In this document: in pieces, positions 1 through 13,836 of the stretch
Position numbering within the stretch: the stretch's first letter is position 1
How the letters are laid out: every line of letters begins with the position of its first letter
Assembly (NCBI RefSeq): GCF_001194135.2
Contig: NC_068988.1
Location: 4,681,179 to 4,745,178 of the forward strand
DNA: 64,000 bases
DNA from: Octopus bimaculoides
Taxonomy: Eukaryota
Direction: 5' to 3'
Translations under genes and position numbers: made by a program
The notes under the pieces: model-generated
The model's database searches: none
The model's input: the letters and a program-made list of their open reading frames with translations, nothing else
Told to the model about the DNA's origin: nothing

Positions 1-312
1 TACCGAGCTCAGATACCAGGAAACCCCAAAATGGCTGAAGTTCAAAAGATAGTGCTCATGGGAACTGCCCATATCCTACGTAAAATACTGTCTATGTGAT
101 CTCAAATTTTAAAACAAACACATAATTTTCTTATGGTTTCTTAAACATTCACTAGAATAAAACTGTACAAATCCAAATATATGGTACCCTAGGCATAACA
201 CCTACATGAACTTCTAACTTGTTGTCTCTTGAGGTCTCTGGGTGAGACTTGGATCCAACTTGTACAAATGCAAAACAAAAGTCAAACATAAGATAATAAT
301 AATAATTATTAT
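1..312 (+). mobile_element. 3' end of R4/Dong-like non-LTR retrotransposon (RLE clade) with 3' UTR and (AAT)n tail
   Basis: Frame 1 reads IPGNPKMAEVQKIVLMGTAHILRKILSM* (stop ends at 99), matching the C-terminus of restriction-like-endonuclease retroelements. An AAT tract follows at ~290-305. Confidence 0.7.
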
Positions 313-315
313 TAT

Positions 316-525
316 TTATTTACTGCCCACAGGGGGCTAAACATAGAGGGGATAAAGACAGACAAAGAGGTTAAGTCGATTAAATCGACCCCAGTGCGTA
401 GCTGGCACTTATTTAATCGACCCCGAAAGGATGAAAGGCAAAGTTGACCCCGGTGGAATTTGAACTCAGAACGTAACGGCAGACGAAATACCGCTAAGCA
501 TTTCACCGGGCGCACTAACGATTCT
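316..525 (-). mobile_element. tRNA-derived SINE family A
   Basis: Reverse complement of the family core TTCTGAGTTCAAATTCC...GCCTTTCATCCTTTCGGGGTCGAT...GTACCAG, seen many times in this window. Sits tail-to-tail with the (AAT)n tract. Confidence 0.85.
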
Positions 526-1468
526 AAAGCTACAATTAAATACAACAACAATCTGCAGACGGAAATAATTAGAGAAATAAATTGATAGAAAATATTCCTC
601 CGTAAGGCCCAATGTAAATGAACAATAAAAATGTAAAATGGGTCACCCTATGGAGATAGGAAACAAATACAAACATCAGTATCAACATCGTATATCAAAT
701 TGTATACACAGTAGCTGCAGTGGTCGCAATAAATGCAAGGGTTCTTGAAATTTTCGTTTAGAGGAACACACTCAGGCACACAACTTAGAGAAAGAGATAG
801 AAAAATATTAAATGATAAGCGCAACGGAAAAAAGATTTTTAAACATTTAAAAGCAGTATAAACCCAAATCAGAATGTTCACCCAAACTCAAATCATGTTT
901 TATTTACAATAGAAGAGATACTAAAAATTGTAATATTGTAATGGGTTCGTCAGAAGAAAAACTGCAGCAGACATGAAATATTGAGGATTTACGAGATTTA
1001 TAAAGAGAAGAAAGTTAGTATCAACTCAAAGACCTCAGCTGAATTCTTGCAGTGAGTAAACAATGTCAGAGGTGTCCCGAGGTCAGATTTGTGACGGTCC
1101 CTACATCCACCAGCTAAGAAGAGTAATACCTTATTCAAACTCCCCTCCACTGACGATTTTCAACAGTTCATCAGCCAACTTTCAATCATAAGGCTTTGGT
1201 GAGCTTGAGACTCAGGTAGATGACATATTCCCAAGCCCTTGTGTTGTGGAATCGAACCAGAAACAATGAAATGTCGATGCAGACTTGCCGTCCAACGAAA
1301 ACAAAACCGAAGACTGAAAATGACGAGATAAAGACCTTAACAGATCGATTAATGACAATGCTGTCTTAAATAGCATAGCCTGAGTAACCGGATTTGAATT
1401 TGAAATAAAATATGGGGAGTTGCATAAAGGAAATCGAAGGGGATTTTTAGAAATAAAAATGCGCTCTT

Positions 1469-1523
<55 letters not shown>

Positions 1524-1845
1524 CTCTCTTTAGATCATTGTCTATTTCGCTGCACCCTTTCCCTTGCAGCAATAGCTTTAATCAACGCACTACAATAGAC
1601 TGGATTTTGACATTACAGTAATTAGATAACAATCAACCATTTTGATATATGGATGCTCTCTGAATTGATCAGATCAGATACAACTGGATATATATCTTGT
1701 TACACACAGAACCTGACACTGAAACATGAAAGAAGAAAATAAAGAAGAATAAGGAGAGGTTATTGTGATGTTTACTAGCAATAAAGAAAGCAGAAACAGC
1801 CATGTCTTAAGAGAAGGTTAATGACGTCTTGAAAAAGATACGAGT

Positions 1846-1928
1846 AAATAGAACCATTGCTACTAATTTCTTCTCATGTAGACCTAAATAGTACCATTGC
1901 TACTAATTTCTTCTTCTCATGTAGACCT
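1846..1928. repeat. Imperfect tandem duplication, 40 + 43 bp
   Basis: AAATAG(A/T)ACCATTGCTACTAATTTCTTC(TTC)TCATGTAGACCT occurs twice. Confidence 0.9.
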
Positions 1929-2138
1929 AGATTTCTCACATAAAATTATTCATTGAATTCACAATAAAAGCAAAAGATATCAAAAGAAAAATGAGGGCTG
2001 GTAGGACGCGAAGGAAAATGAAAAGGTTTCAGCTGTGAATTCATTTGTCTTCTTTGACTCGCCTTCTCGTAAATTGTGCTTGCACTCATCACATTGGTGC
2101 TATCAGGCTCGTATTAACACACACATATATATGTAAAT

Positions 2139-2222
<84 letters not shown>

Positions 2223-2629
2223 ACACAAACTCACACACACAGTGTATATTTCTTAAACCTATTAGGTGGCCGGTGGGAGCGAACACCTGTTGCAACAGAA
2301 CAATGCATCACATAGTTCGACATCGAGGTCTCAGCGAAGGTCGAGAAAAATTGAAGACGATGGCAAGCGATAAGAATAAAGAAAGATTATCAGAAGCTTA
2401 TTGATTTGTTAGCGAGAGCCAGTGGCAGGTAGAGTTTTAGATAGAAGGATAGGTTAATCAGCCAACGTATTTTTATTTAATCACTTCTTCCGTTGGAACT
2501 GGAGTAATGAAAGCAAATGTAAGAAGCGAACTTAAATACACGATACAAAATAACTAACGAAATTTTAAAAAGAATAATGCAAAATAAATAACAATACCTA
2601 GCAAAAGGCTACTCCAACCACCATGATCA

Positions 2630-2678
2630 CTACCCTCACCAATACTACTTCTACTACTATTACTACTACTACTACTAC

Positions 2679-2749
<71 letters not shown>

Positions 2750-2750
2750 T
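2630..2750. repeat. Compound trinucleotide microsatellite, (ACT)n then (AAT)n
   Basis: Read directly; it accounts for the poly-T/poly-N/poly-L ORFs. Confidence 0.95.
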
Positions 2751-3637
2751 CTTCAANNNNNNNNNNNNNNNNNNNNNNNNNNNNNNNNNNNNNNNNNNNN
2801 NNNNNNNNNNNNNNNNNNNNNNNNNNNNNNNNNNNNNNNNNNNNNNNNNNNNNNNNNNNNNNNNNNNNNNNNNNNNNNNNNNNNNNNNNNNNNNNNNNNN
2901 NNNNNNNNNNNNNNNNNNNNNNNNNNNNNNNNNNNNNNNNNNNNNNNNNNNNNNNNNNNNNNNNNNNNNNNNNNNNNNNNNNNNNNNNNNNNNNNNNNNN
3001 NNNNNNNNNNNATATATATATATATATATATATAGCAGCAAATACAACTATAAATTAGATAGAAAATAAAACATTTTTCGAAATAGTTTCGAAAAGATTC
3101 GTCACCAGTTCTTCGTTCACTGTCAGAAAGATAAAGACCGAATGAAATAACTGCATTAAATGTCATGGTAATATGTTATGGCGTTCTAATAATTGAGTTA
3201 TGCAAGATGGGAGAATTGATCGGCGTACTAGCTCGATCGCAAATGTAAATAAATAAAACTCCTAATAAAGCGATCATATCGTCACTATTGAACAGCGTTA
3301 CGATGATTTAATTTTCCAAGTTTTGCTGAACAATATCTGCAGTATAGTCCTCGAAACAGGTATTACATTAGAAAAAAATAGGTTACGGCTCTTAAATAAC
3401 ATAGAAAGTATATGAAGAAAAATCACTTCTATATATATACGATATGTAAATCTGAGAGTAACTGAAAATTTAAGAGATACATACGCACAAACGTGCACAC
3501 ATATAGACAGACATACAAATATATATAGACAACGAAATATATACATATATACATACATACACACACATATACACACACACGTACTTACAAGCTCTAACAT
3601 GCTATCTTAAAGACAGCGACTTGGCAGCGATACCAGC

Positions 3638-3705
<68 letters not shown>

Positions 3706-4113
3706 NNNNNNNNNNNNNNNNNNNNNNNNNNNNNNNNNNNNNNNNNNNNNNNNNNNNNNNNNNNNNNNNNNNNNNNNNNNNNNNNNNNNNNNNNNNNNNN
3801 NNNNNNNNNNNNNNNNNNNNNNNNNNNNNNNNNNNNNNNNNNNNNNNNNNNNNNNNNNNNNNNNNNNNNNNNNNNNNNNNNNNNNNNNNNNNNNNNNNNN
3901 NNNNNNNNNNNNNNNNNNNNNNNNNNNNNNNNNNNNNNNNNNNNNNNNNNNNNNNNNNNNNNNNNNNNNNNNNNNNNNNNNNNNNNNNNNNNNNNNNNNN
4001 NNNNNNNNNNNNNNNNNNNNNNNNNNNNNNNNNNNNNNNNNNNNNNNNNNNNNNNNNNNNNNNNNNNNNNNNNNNNNNNNNNNNNNNNNNNNNNNNNNNN
4101 NNNNNNNNNNNNN

Positions 4114-4169
<56 letters not shown>

Positions 4170-5321
4170 GAACGATTTTCTAAAATGTCCACGTCTCTTT
4201 CTAGTAGTTTTGTTGTCATTTAGATCCAGTTTCGTATCCTCTCTTAGTGAACATGCGAATGATAAAAAGCATTCCAACAGTCAATGCACCACGGACATTA
4301 TTCCCCATAAAGAGTCTTAATTTACGTAACAGTAAATAGCATTTATCCAATTGAAGTGTATTCAATAAGAAGACAGGATTATGTAAACGTGAAAGCAGTT
4401 TTATTTCATTTGAAACTATCATTTAACAGAATACATTGTTTTCTGTTGTTGACATCCTTTAATCCTTAAAATAATTCATGAAGTAAACCGAAAACCACCC
4501 TTAAAATGGCGCAACCAGAGGGAATTCACAAAAATTCAAACAGAGGCACCGTATAAAAGGCAGTGATAAAAAAATTATACGAACGTTGCGTTAAGGCCCA
4601 GCTTAAATGATTTTAGATTGCTACTCTTCGTAGCGTTGGGAATTCTAAATATTGTGTGTGTCGGTAGCTTAGGATATATATTGCTCTTGATTCAACAAAA
4701 CAGGTATAAATGTATGAATATATACGTGTGTGTGTGTGTGTGTGCGTGTGTACGTGTGAATGTATATGCATGTCTTTATAAAAACTGCTTCTCTGAATGT
4801 ATGTATATGAGAGTGTTCCGATGTTTCTTTGAAAACATGCGTAACCAAATAATGAAAATCTTTAAAGCATTGAACGTGAATGGCGGGAAAAGAAGTCGAT
4901 AGACGAGCGAGGTTGAGGAACAACGCTGATATCAATAGCTTCTATATCGATGACATGAACATCTTAATCATATTACTTGATTCTCCAAAACACTATTGTA
5001 AATAAAGCACTTTTTTGTTAGTGAGAGTCTCCTGAAAGAAATCTAAGATCGATTCTGTAAAGCCATGCTCTAAAGATTTTTCGGTGTATTATCAGAATGA
5101 AAATGCAGTAGAGATGACTAGAAACACTTCCAAGTACGTGTTGACCTCGAAACATGACTATTTTACTTTTGCATTTCCTAATTCCTGTACACACACACAC
5201 ACACACACGCTGATAGATGTGTATGTATACATATATGTTTATATATATATACANNNNNNNNNNNNNNNNNNNNNNNNNNNNNNNNNNNNNNNNNNNNNNN
5301 NNNNNNNNNNNNNNNNNNNNN

Positions 5322-5363
<42 letters not shown>

Positions 5364-8300
5364 TAAATATATATGTATAACACTCACACACATATATGTA
5401 CATAGGTGCGCCAGTTTGTTAATCATTGCGTGTATGTGTGCGTGAGTGTGTGTATAGTGGTGGTAGAATTTCCCGTTAGCAATCCAACACGAATAATCGA
5501 ATCGAAGAGGAAGAAGCAATTCCGATGTAAATATAAAAACAAACATAAGTAAGAAAAAATGCAATTAAAGAGATTAATTAGCTACATGAGAAAGAAGGAA
5601 ACTTAACAGAGGGTGGATCAAAGAGATACGAGACACACGTATACTAGTAGTATTTACACAAAGGAAATGTTATCGAAATATTCGCCAAACTGAAGACTGT
5701 AACAATTTTATCAATTTAGCTCTCATTACGTTCATGATGAAATCATTTATTTTATTTACATCTGTTTTAATTGTTATACACGATACCGTTGCTGCCTGAG
5801 CGAAACGTCTTTCAGTCCTTAGTCGGAAGTAGTTCCTGTGTCAATACCCTCAGCACTTCATTGAATATAACTAAACAACTTTAAAACTCCAGCTAGACTT
5901 GTGAAAGGTCACTATTTACATCTTGTTTGGTAACATAATGGGGCAAGATATAAATTTCCTCTCGATAAATGTGATCCCTACTGACAGCGAAGTTACCCAC
6001 TGCAGGGAGCTGACACGGCTTTTTCAAAACGAAATGAACTGAGGCATAATAAGAAGAACATTGAAACGCTTACTACGGAATTGAACACACGATCCATGAT
6101 TACATCATAAACAACTTATCCGTTGAGCTATTTTGTTTCTGTACCAATGCACTTGAGAAAAATATGAACACCACAACATCCAATTTCCCTCCTCAAAAGA
6201 CATTACGTTGAAATATATTTATGTTCCTCTGTTTTTCTATCAAACTATGCTCTACAGGATCTCTCGATAAAATTTATGGTTTTGTGCCAAATTCAAAAAA
6301 TTATTATTGTTTATTTTTGATTAATTGCCGAAGAAATAACCGTTTCTTGAATGATTAGGGGTAAAATGGTTTTATGGTGAACAAATATTATTTTAGCAAT
6401 AATAGTTCTCGGTAATTAGATATGCAAGTTGAATGTTACATTTTAAAGTCTACAATGACTTATGATTCAATCGATAAATCTTAGCAGAGTAGCAACATTT
6501 TTAGGAATGGTTTCTTACGTAGTTTATTGCTTTTGTATTTGACTTCACACGCCCTCCAAGACCGAGAGAGGTTGTCGCATCGACTCCCAATAAGAAAACG
6601 CAACAGAAATAAGAGATGATGTTCGAACAAGATACTAGTTGAGAGAATGTGTTACAAAACGAATAAGCTATTAATTTGTTAACCATAAAGCAATCGCACA
6701 TATCAATATATTACCATGAAGAAGATTTGTATGCATTAATTCAAAGTGTGGGAGTGGTAGGTTAGCCTTCGCTATGAAGACCCTCCCAGAGTTGTGAGTT
6801 CTATGTTGCTGATATCTGATTTAAACATTTGTAAGGGACAAATCTGCAGAAAAAAGGGGTCAGAGATAAAATTCTATATGGTTGAACGATTCATTAGACA
6901 AGGTGATTATTATATGAGCTAAATGTTTGACATTGTTGAGATGACGAAGGAACAACTGATGGCTGTATCGGATGGACCTAAACCAACGAAGTATAGAGTT
7001 TGCTACTTCAGTGCAGCAGAGACCAGTCTAACTGAGAGGAGACAGAAACAAGACAGTGCGCAGTTTAAACCATAATACGTCGTTGCAAATCAGCTGACTG
7101 GTCTACATTTGTTGTAGTTTCAGCTTCTTCCGTACGCAAGAGTTGTACTCTCAGAAATATGTGAGCACTATTCTCCAGTTTTGGAGGATCAACAAGTGAT
7201 CACGTGTGTAAGATCTTCTAATCCACAAGATGAGTTTAGCATTTGTTGTATGTTTTGGCAGTCGTCAAGAGAAATCATCAGAGATTGAAATATATTCGCT
7301 GAGACTAAGAATTTAGATGTATATTGTTTATGTCCAACAGTGTTTTCTTATGTATATTATTGGAGTAATGGCGTTGGTGCCATTAGAAATGGTGAAGTAA
7401 TGTGGTGTTTATTGTATAAGACTGTTGAAGATTCTGTTCATGGAATTGATGATTGCATGCGGAGGTTTAAGAAGTGAAAGATGTTATCATATATATTGGA
7501 GTGTGTGTTGTACGACGTTATGTCTACGTTGTCGTTCATTTACGATTGAAAGATTGTGGGAATCACAACCACAGCTAATACTGCGTTCATGGTGTCCTCT
7601 ACGAAACGCTGAAATCGATTGGTCAGATTAAAGACCTTCAATCAGAGAGATATGAACTTAGCTTCTAGGTTTGACAGAGTTCGAAAATTTTTTTGTATTA
7701 AGAGCAACAATCTTACTAGAATTTTCCATGTACTGGTACATGGAGTTAGGGACAAAATCTTCGGCAGGTCTACGAAAACTTTTGGTCATTGAGTGGTGTG
7801 TGAAGAACAATTTGACATCACATTTCCATCAAATTTATGATGAATGTGATTGAAGAGTACGTTTACAGAAAGCTCTAGTCGTGGTACTGATTGCCTTGGT
7901 TTTTAGGGAACAGAAGTGTTCGCTAGCGCACTGGTAAGAGATTTGTGGTGTGCTAAAAGTAAGTTTAGCGGGAGTCGTAGGAAGTTCATTTATTGATTGT
8001 GATCCTGCTAAAAGAGCCATCGTGTCTGAATGGTAGTGAAAGGAAAAATTCTGCAAAGAGGATAGTGATCCAGAGAACCTTTTGGTACGGGAGAAGAAGG
8101 TCTAGTGCCAGTGTGAAAAGAAAATAGATAATTTGAAGACTGAGCATTATACGAAGTCGTCGTTAAACACGTTCCAGTGGTTTTTATCACACGTTTAGCT
8201 GTCTCAGATGAGTCGGAGTAATATATATTTGCCTTCTCTTCGCGCAGTAAACTACTATAAGTGTGTATATGTAAGTGTGCATACATTATTATAAAGGTTC

Positions 8301-8629
8301 CAAGAAGAAAGTCATGGCAACTTTGTTAGGAAAAAAAATCCGATTAAATCTCATTTGTCGGTGGTTGTGCAGCATTCATTGTGAAGAATGTAAAAAAATG
8401 ATGGTTCAGATGTGGGATGCAATGAATGACTGTTTATTAAAACCATTGTAATATTTATTACTGTGCAGCAACATCGTATTGAGTAATTTATAGTCGTAGC
8501 TTGAACTTTGAAAAAAATGGATATGTAAAGTCTTGAATGATTGCGGAAATAAATAGGAAAGAAGTTTATAGAGAAATACATATGTAAGCCTATAGAGACA
8601 TAAATCGTTAGCAAGTGAGAGGGATGCGA

Positions 8630-8684
<55 letters not shown>

Positions 8685-10046
8685 AATATGTTATATGTGC
8701 GCGTACAAACATACACATATATAGAACATTACACCCCCCCACACACACACACATATCTTGATAGATATGGAAATAGATGGACAGTACAAAGAAAGCTAAG
8801 TTGATGGATAGATACTGCGACAGAAAAAATCTTTAATTTCTGATATTATGGGGTATAATTGAATTTATAGGAATCTGGTTTGTTTCGCAGGAGCTGAGAA
8901 ATCAACAAATAGATTAAGTCTAAGTTACTTAAGAACAGTTAGGAGCGAAGAGTTTATAGATTAATTCTTGTTAAATTAATCACGAACTGATTTTTATTTT
9001 GTTTGTTTCTAATTTAGTGCAGAGGAAACATTATGGCTCTACATGCTGAATGAACCAAACATGATTTACATGAATGAGGTGGAAGGTAAACCTAAGCCAC
9101 AATGAATGCTATTTGAGAGAGGGCACCAATATATTTTATAAACGCAGAAAAGATTTCCAGAAAGCTATCACCATGTTGGGAACTGACAACATAATTGAAA
9201 CGTTCATTTTCATGATTTAGCAAAAAGTTGCGGCTGTAAAAAGGACAACCAAACATGGTAGAAATTATTCGAGTCCTCAAAACTTCAAGTGATGTTATAT
9301 TCATTATATTATTTTAATCTAATCAACCTTGATTTGTCTCCTCATTCGAGTGTAGGTTTTGCTTCGTAGAATGGACGACTTATTAAAGATCTAGAGACGC
9401 ATAGAGTATAAGCATTAGTTTCTCAAAATGGAATTCACCAAACGTTGATGCTAATCATAATAGACTGTATAATTTTAGTGACTGGAACGAGAGTAAAATA
9501 TTCTCGATGCTATATAAGATCGGAGAAAAATCATTTCAAAATTAATTGTATTCCATATTTGACAGATAATTGATAAAAAGAACAAAAAGAACTATTAAAT
9601 AACATTTCATTAATTCTAGACTATGTTGGGGCTTTCAATATATTCACCACTTTTGGAAACACAGTAAAATGCAATATTCATGTACATCCAAACAAGTCAC
9701 GCTTTGAATCCATTTTGAATGCAGGTTAAAGCTATTTCATATGTGGCTAATATAATTGAAATAGTCATTATTTAATTCTACCCATCTATGTCAGTGGAAC
9801 TAGGGAAAGAAAGCAATGTATTGATTTAATTCACTATAGATATTAATTTCTTCAAAGTTGATGCTAGGTATGTCAATGAGTGATAAAAAAAGAACCTTCA
9901 TATATTTCTATCTTTTCACGTTTGAGTTCAAATACTGCAGAGTACAATTTGATGTTATCCCTCAAGGGTCACGAAGATATACATACATACAAATGTATAT
10001 ATAGAGTGATAGATAGATACATACATACAAACATATACATATAAAC

Positions 10047-10115
<69 letters not shown>

Positions 10116-10628
10116 CACACAAACATATATATAATATATACATATATGTTTGCATGTATGTATGTATATGTTTCTATGTATGCATGTATATATATGTTTG
10201 TATGTACGGCTCCATACTTAGAAATGACTAAACATGAACTACTATTGGAACTTAAATACCATGTCCAGGAAACTTCTTTACCACTTCTATACACCACTTT
10301 ACTCGAATGATGGAATTCCTAAGCAAAAAAAAAACTACAAAATCCACTGCCTTTAGTAAAGAATGGGCTAAAATATTGAAATATTATTCACTGCGACTAA
10401 TCTATCTTACATATATTATTAATTACGGAAGATAATTTTTTTGTCTTTTCTGGGTTTTTTTATGACTAAGGTCAAGAATAAAGGTGGGAATAATTCGGTC
10501 CAGTTGGCCAAAGAAGAAAGAAGAATATTTAAAAGATATACCTGTAAAATAAATCTCGAAAGAAATTTGTTTTCTTTGTAAATATATCAATCAGTGTGTT
10601 AATTGAAGAAAACATGAGCATGTCTTAC

Positions 10629-10777
10629 CTGCAATGAACAATAACTGGTCCATTGTCGAGCCGGTCAAACGCTCGTATTTTCTGCCGGAATAATATTAGT
10701 GAATTACCAAATTTTGGTACACCGTGATCTGGCCAAGTGGTGTAATGGAATTGTTTGACGATTTTCGATACCCCATT
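10629..10777 (-). CDS. RPTP catalytic domain exon F (NGVSKIVKQFHYTTWPDHGVP...GPVIVHC/S): WPD loop and catalytic Cys
   Basis: GTGTTCTTCAG|AAT...TGCAG|GTAAGA; 149 nt, phase 0 to 2. Carries QFHYTTWPDHGVP and GPVIVHC; overlaps supplied ORF 10625..10822. Confidence 0.97.
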
Positions 10778-11776
10778 CTGAAGAACACAAAACAAAACAA
10801 CTGGAGAGGCATATCGAGTCAATGATACATTTTAGAGTTAATGTTGAACATGGTTTAGAATAAAAGGTCTCCTATTGGCACAGATTTTCAGGGATTGATA
10901 CAATCATCTGCTGGAGCCATACCTTGTTGAATTCGAAAACTTCGAGTCAATCCATGTAGAGAGAATTTTAATTCAGGAAGAATGAAATTAAAGTATTGAG
11001 CAATACTGTAATTTCTGCCACTTGAATTTTCAGACGAAACACTTTTCCATTCCATTATAAGCCTCCATTTTCAGATGTTGTTTACACACACACTTATGTA
11101 TCTGTGTATGATATATGTATATTTCTGTGTGTATGTTTCGGCGTGTGAATGTATGTGCGTATATCTGTATGTGTGTGTATCTGTAACTCTGTGTATGTGT
11201 GAGCATAAATTATACAGATTTAATATGTGTAAAACTAAATATTCAATGCAACACTTCTCTGAGACGAATACAGATAACGTAAAAATATTTGAAAATCATT
11301 GTAGATATAAAGTAATACATCTCGGCGGTTCAATATATTAACATTTATTTTTCCGGTCTGTCATCTTCAGTTTCCACAAAGGCGCTGAACGCTGAATATC
11401 CATCGAACACAGCCAGAAAGCCTTTCGGCAGAATTCAGATTCTGATCGATTAAACGTATTAACGATTCAAATGCCTAATTGTTGAATCGTTTCACATCAT
11501 TTAGAGGAGACAGCAGTCTTTATGAAACCCTGGAGACAAAATCAAGCCCTTAGTGGTCTGGTGACCATGTTTGCCAGCAACGAAATTACTGAATGAATCT
11601 AGCTTTACCTATATAAATACGACTTCCCCTAATAATGTGAAAGACACCATTTCCTCTTGAAGTATGAAAATAATTCTGATTGGAATAAAAAAGAAATATC
11701 GAGTAGATTTACAGTTTTGAACAATTATCTTGTTACGGGATATTTTTTAAAAATTCAGTGCCATGAAAATTTTATT

Positions 11777-11913
11777 CTTTTCTAATCTAGGCACAAGGCC
11801 CGAAATTTTTGGGGAAGGGGCAAGTCGATTAGATCGACCCCAGTACGCAACTGGTACTTAATTTATCGATGAAAGGCAAAGTAGACCTTGGTGGAATTTG
11901 TACACAGAACGTA
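11777..11913 (-). mobile_element. 5'-truncated SINE family A with 16-bp target-site duplication
   Basis: Flanked by CCATGAAAAT(T/A)TTATT at 11761-11776 and 11914-11929. Confidence 0.85.
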
Positions 11914-12947
11914 CCATGAAAATATTATTAGAAAATACACAAAGTGTATTCTGTTATACTGTAATGGGTTTGAAGTATATTACTTAGATTTTTAATTATA
12001 TCAATATAAATATTTATCCCATCAGCTTTTCTGTAGCGAGAGTGTTTTAATCAAGGGCTAAGCTTCAAACGATGTCACAGTACTGCACTGTGAGTTTATT
12101 CACACTTCTTAGAAGGTCAGTACCGTCTCTTATTGTTATGAGCTCAAATACAACTGGTATCAAAGTTACAAATTATGCAAAGTCGATAAAATACCAGTTA
12201 TATACTGTGTCCGTTCAATCACACATAAAAGCAACCAAGAACATAATCAAAGGAAACGAAATATAACCTCAACTAAATTGGATTTTAGTCACTTGAAACA
12301 GATTTTCTTGATAATTTATTTGACCTCTAATAGCAAAATCAACTGCAGTTTGACTTTCTAAATTAGTTTGTATGATATTCAGCTTAAAATAGCTGATTTT
12401 TTCAAAACTTCTATTCATGTAAAAGTTATTATAAACAGAATAATTCATTTTCTCATTGTAAGACACGATAGAAACGAATATTTAAGAATTTAGTGCAATC
12501 ATTAACTAATTCAATCAAAAAATGTTAAAATTTGATGAGATTTTGCAGTCTGGCTGAGTAGTCTATATATTATCTGGTATTCTATATAGGATTTTCGCAG
12601 TGAATTTTTTTCATTCAAAGTGTGTTTCATGATTATTTTCATGAGCATTAATATCCATCTACATCCAACTGAAAATGTTACGAGCTTGTTACTAACAATA
12701 ATTATCGAAATTTAACACTGTATATTTAGATTATTATACGTTTGATTTTTCGGAATGAATATGCCTGTATTTTTTTTATATATATACTTCAATATTTGAA
12801 GATATATTCGTGTTACAGATTCAGGGGCACTTCTCGTGGTTTCATCACACACAAAATCTGTGCAGTGTCACCGAAAGAGGAATGGTAATCATTTTTATAA
12901 AATCCTAATGAAAATTGTTGCTATAACGAAGATTTACTTGTAATATT

Positions 12948-13162
12948 GGTTTCAGATTTTGGCACAGGGCCAGCAATTGCGGGAGAGAGGCTAAGACGAT
13001 TTCATTGACCCCAGTGCTCAACTGGTAATTGTTTCATCGACTCTGAAATGATGAAAGGTAAAGTTCGACCTTGGTGGAATTTGAACTCAGAACGTAAAAA
13101 CGGACGAAACGCCGCTCAGTATTTTGTACGGCGTTCTAACGATTCTGCCAGCTTGCTGTCTT
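12948..13162 (-). mobile_element. Full-length SINE family A with perfect 18-bp TSD
   Basis: AGATTTACTTGTAATATT at 12930-12947 and 13163-13180; tRNA-like head and family core present. Confidence 0.9.
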
Positions 13163-13194
13163 AGATTTACTTGTAATATTAATGCTTCCTTTTA

Positions 13195-13335
13195 GGAAGT
13201 GAGCTGGCAGAACCGTTATTACGCTGGACAAAATGCTCAGCGGCATATCGTCCGTCTTCACGTTGTGAGTTCAAATTCCGCTGATATTAACTTGACCTTT
13301 CCTCTTGTCTAAGTCGATAAAATAAGTACCAGTTG
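13195..13335 (+). mobile_element. SINE family A, 3'-truncated, head-to-head with the previous copy
   Basis: GAGCTGGCAGAACCGTT...GAGTTCAAATTCCG...GTCGATAAAATAAGTACCAGTTG. Confidence 0.85.
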
Positions 13336-13716
13336 ACCATTGGAGCCTATGAAATAGGTATAACCCAGCGATTACATCACCTCCTATACTCAACTGGAGT
13401 TTATAGTGATACTTTCAGAAATAAAATTGTTTATTTGTATAATCTATTGAAACAACAATCAACAATTCCACCGTTCCTTGCTACAATCAACTTAAAACAT
13501 ATAATACCTATTTTCTGTTTAGTTTTCCCCACTATTTGAGAGTTCAACTGATAGAATTTGGATCCTATCTTTCAAGTGACAGTTGCTATGTAATACATTT
13601 GAGGTTTTTCATAAATATTTTCATAACCAAACGTGTTTACGAAAACATACACAATGGTGTAGATGAAAAAAATGCTACTTAAGTTTCACTTCACTAACAA
13701 CGAATGTAAAACTTAC

Positions 13717-13836
13717 CATTTGTAAAAGGAATGTGCGTATCGTAAAATCAGGCAATTTATCTACATTTAGACATTCAATTGAAATTCCTGATGAAACTTG
13801 CGTCCCTTCATCGGGCCAATACTGGTCACATTTGCG
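13717..13836 (-). CDS. RPTP catalytic domain exon E (RKCDQYWPDEGTQVSSGISIECLNVDKLPDFTIRTFLLQM)
   Basis: AATATTTCCAG|CGC...CAAATG|GTAAGT; 120 nt, phase 0 to 0. Carries KCxQYWP and DFTIRTF motifs. Confidence 0.96.

Noticed and set aside
648-881. Cys-rich minus-strand ORF (NPCIYCDHCSYC)
   Set aside because: No domain spacing recognised and no splice support; probably chance.
5820-5860. Minus-strand SAEGIDTGTT resembling the PTP signature SAGVGRTGT
   Set aside because: No acceptor at the right phase and a stop two codons later; judged chance similarity.
12819-12884. Plus-strand exon-like pieces (here and at 2264-2375, 44013-44130, 63610-63704)
   Set aside because: Isolated AG/GT-bounded or short open segments with no shared homology or consistent chain; expected by chance in AT-rich introns.
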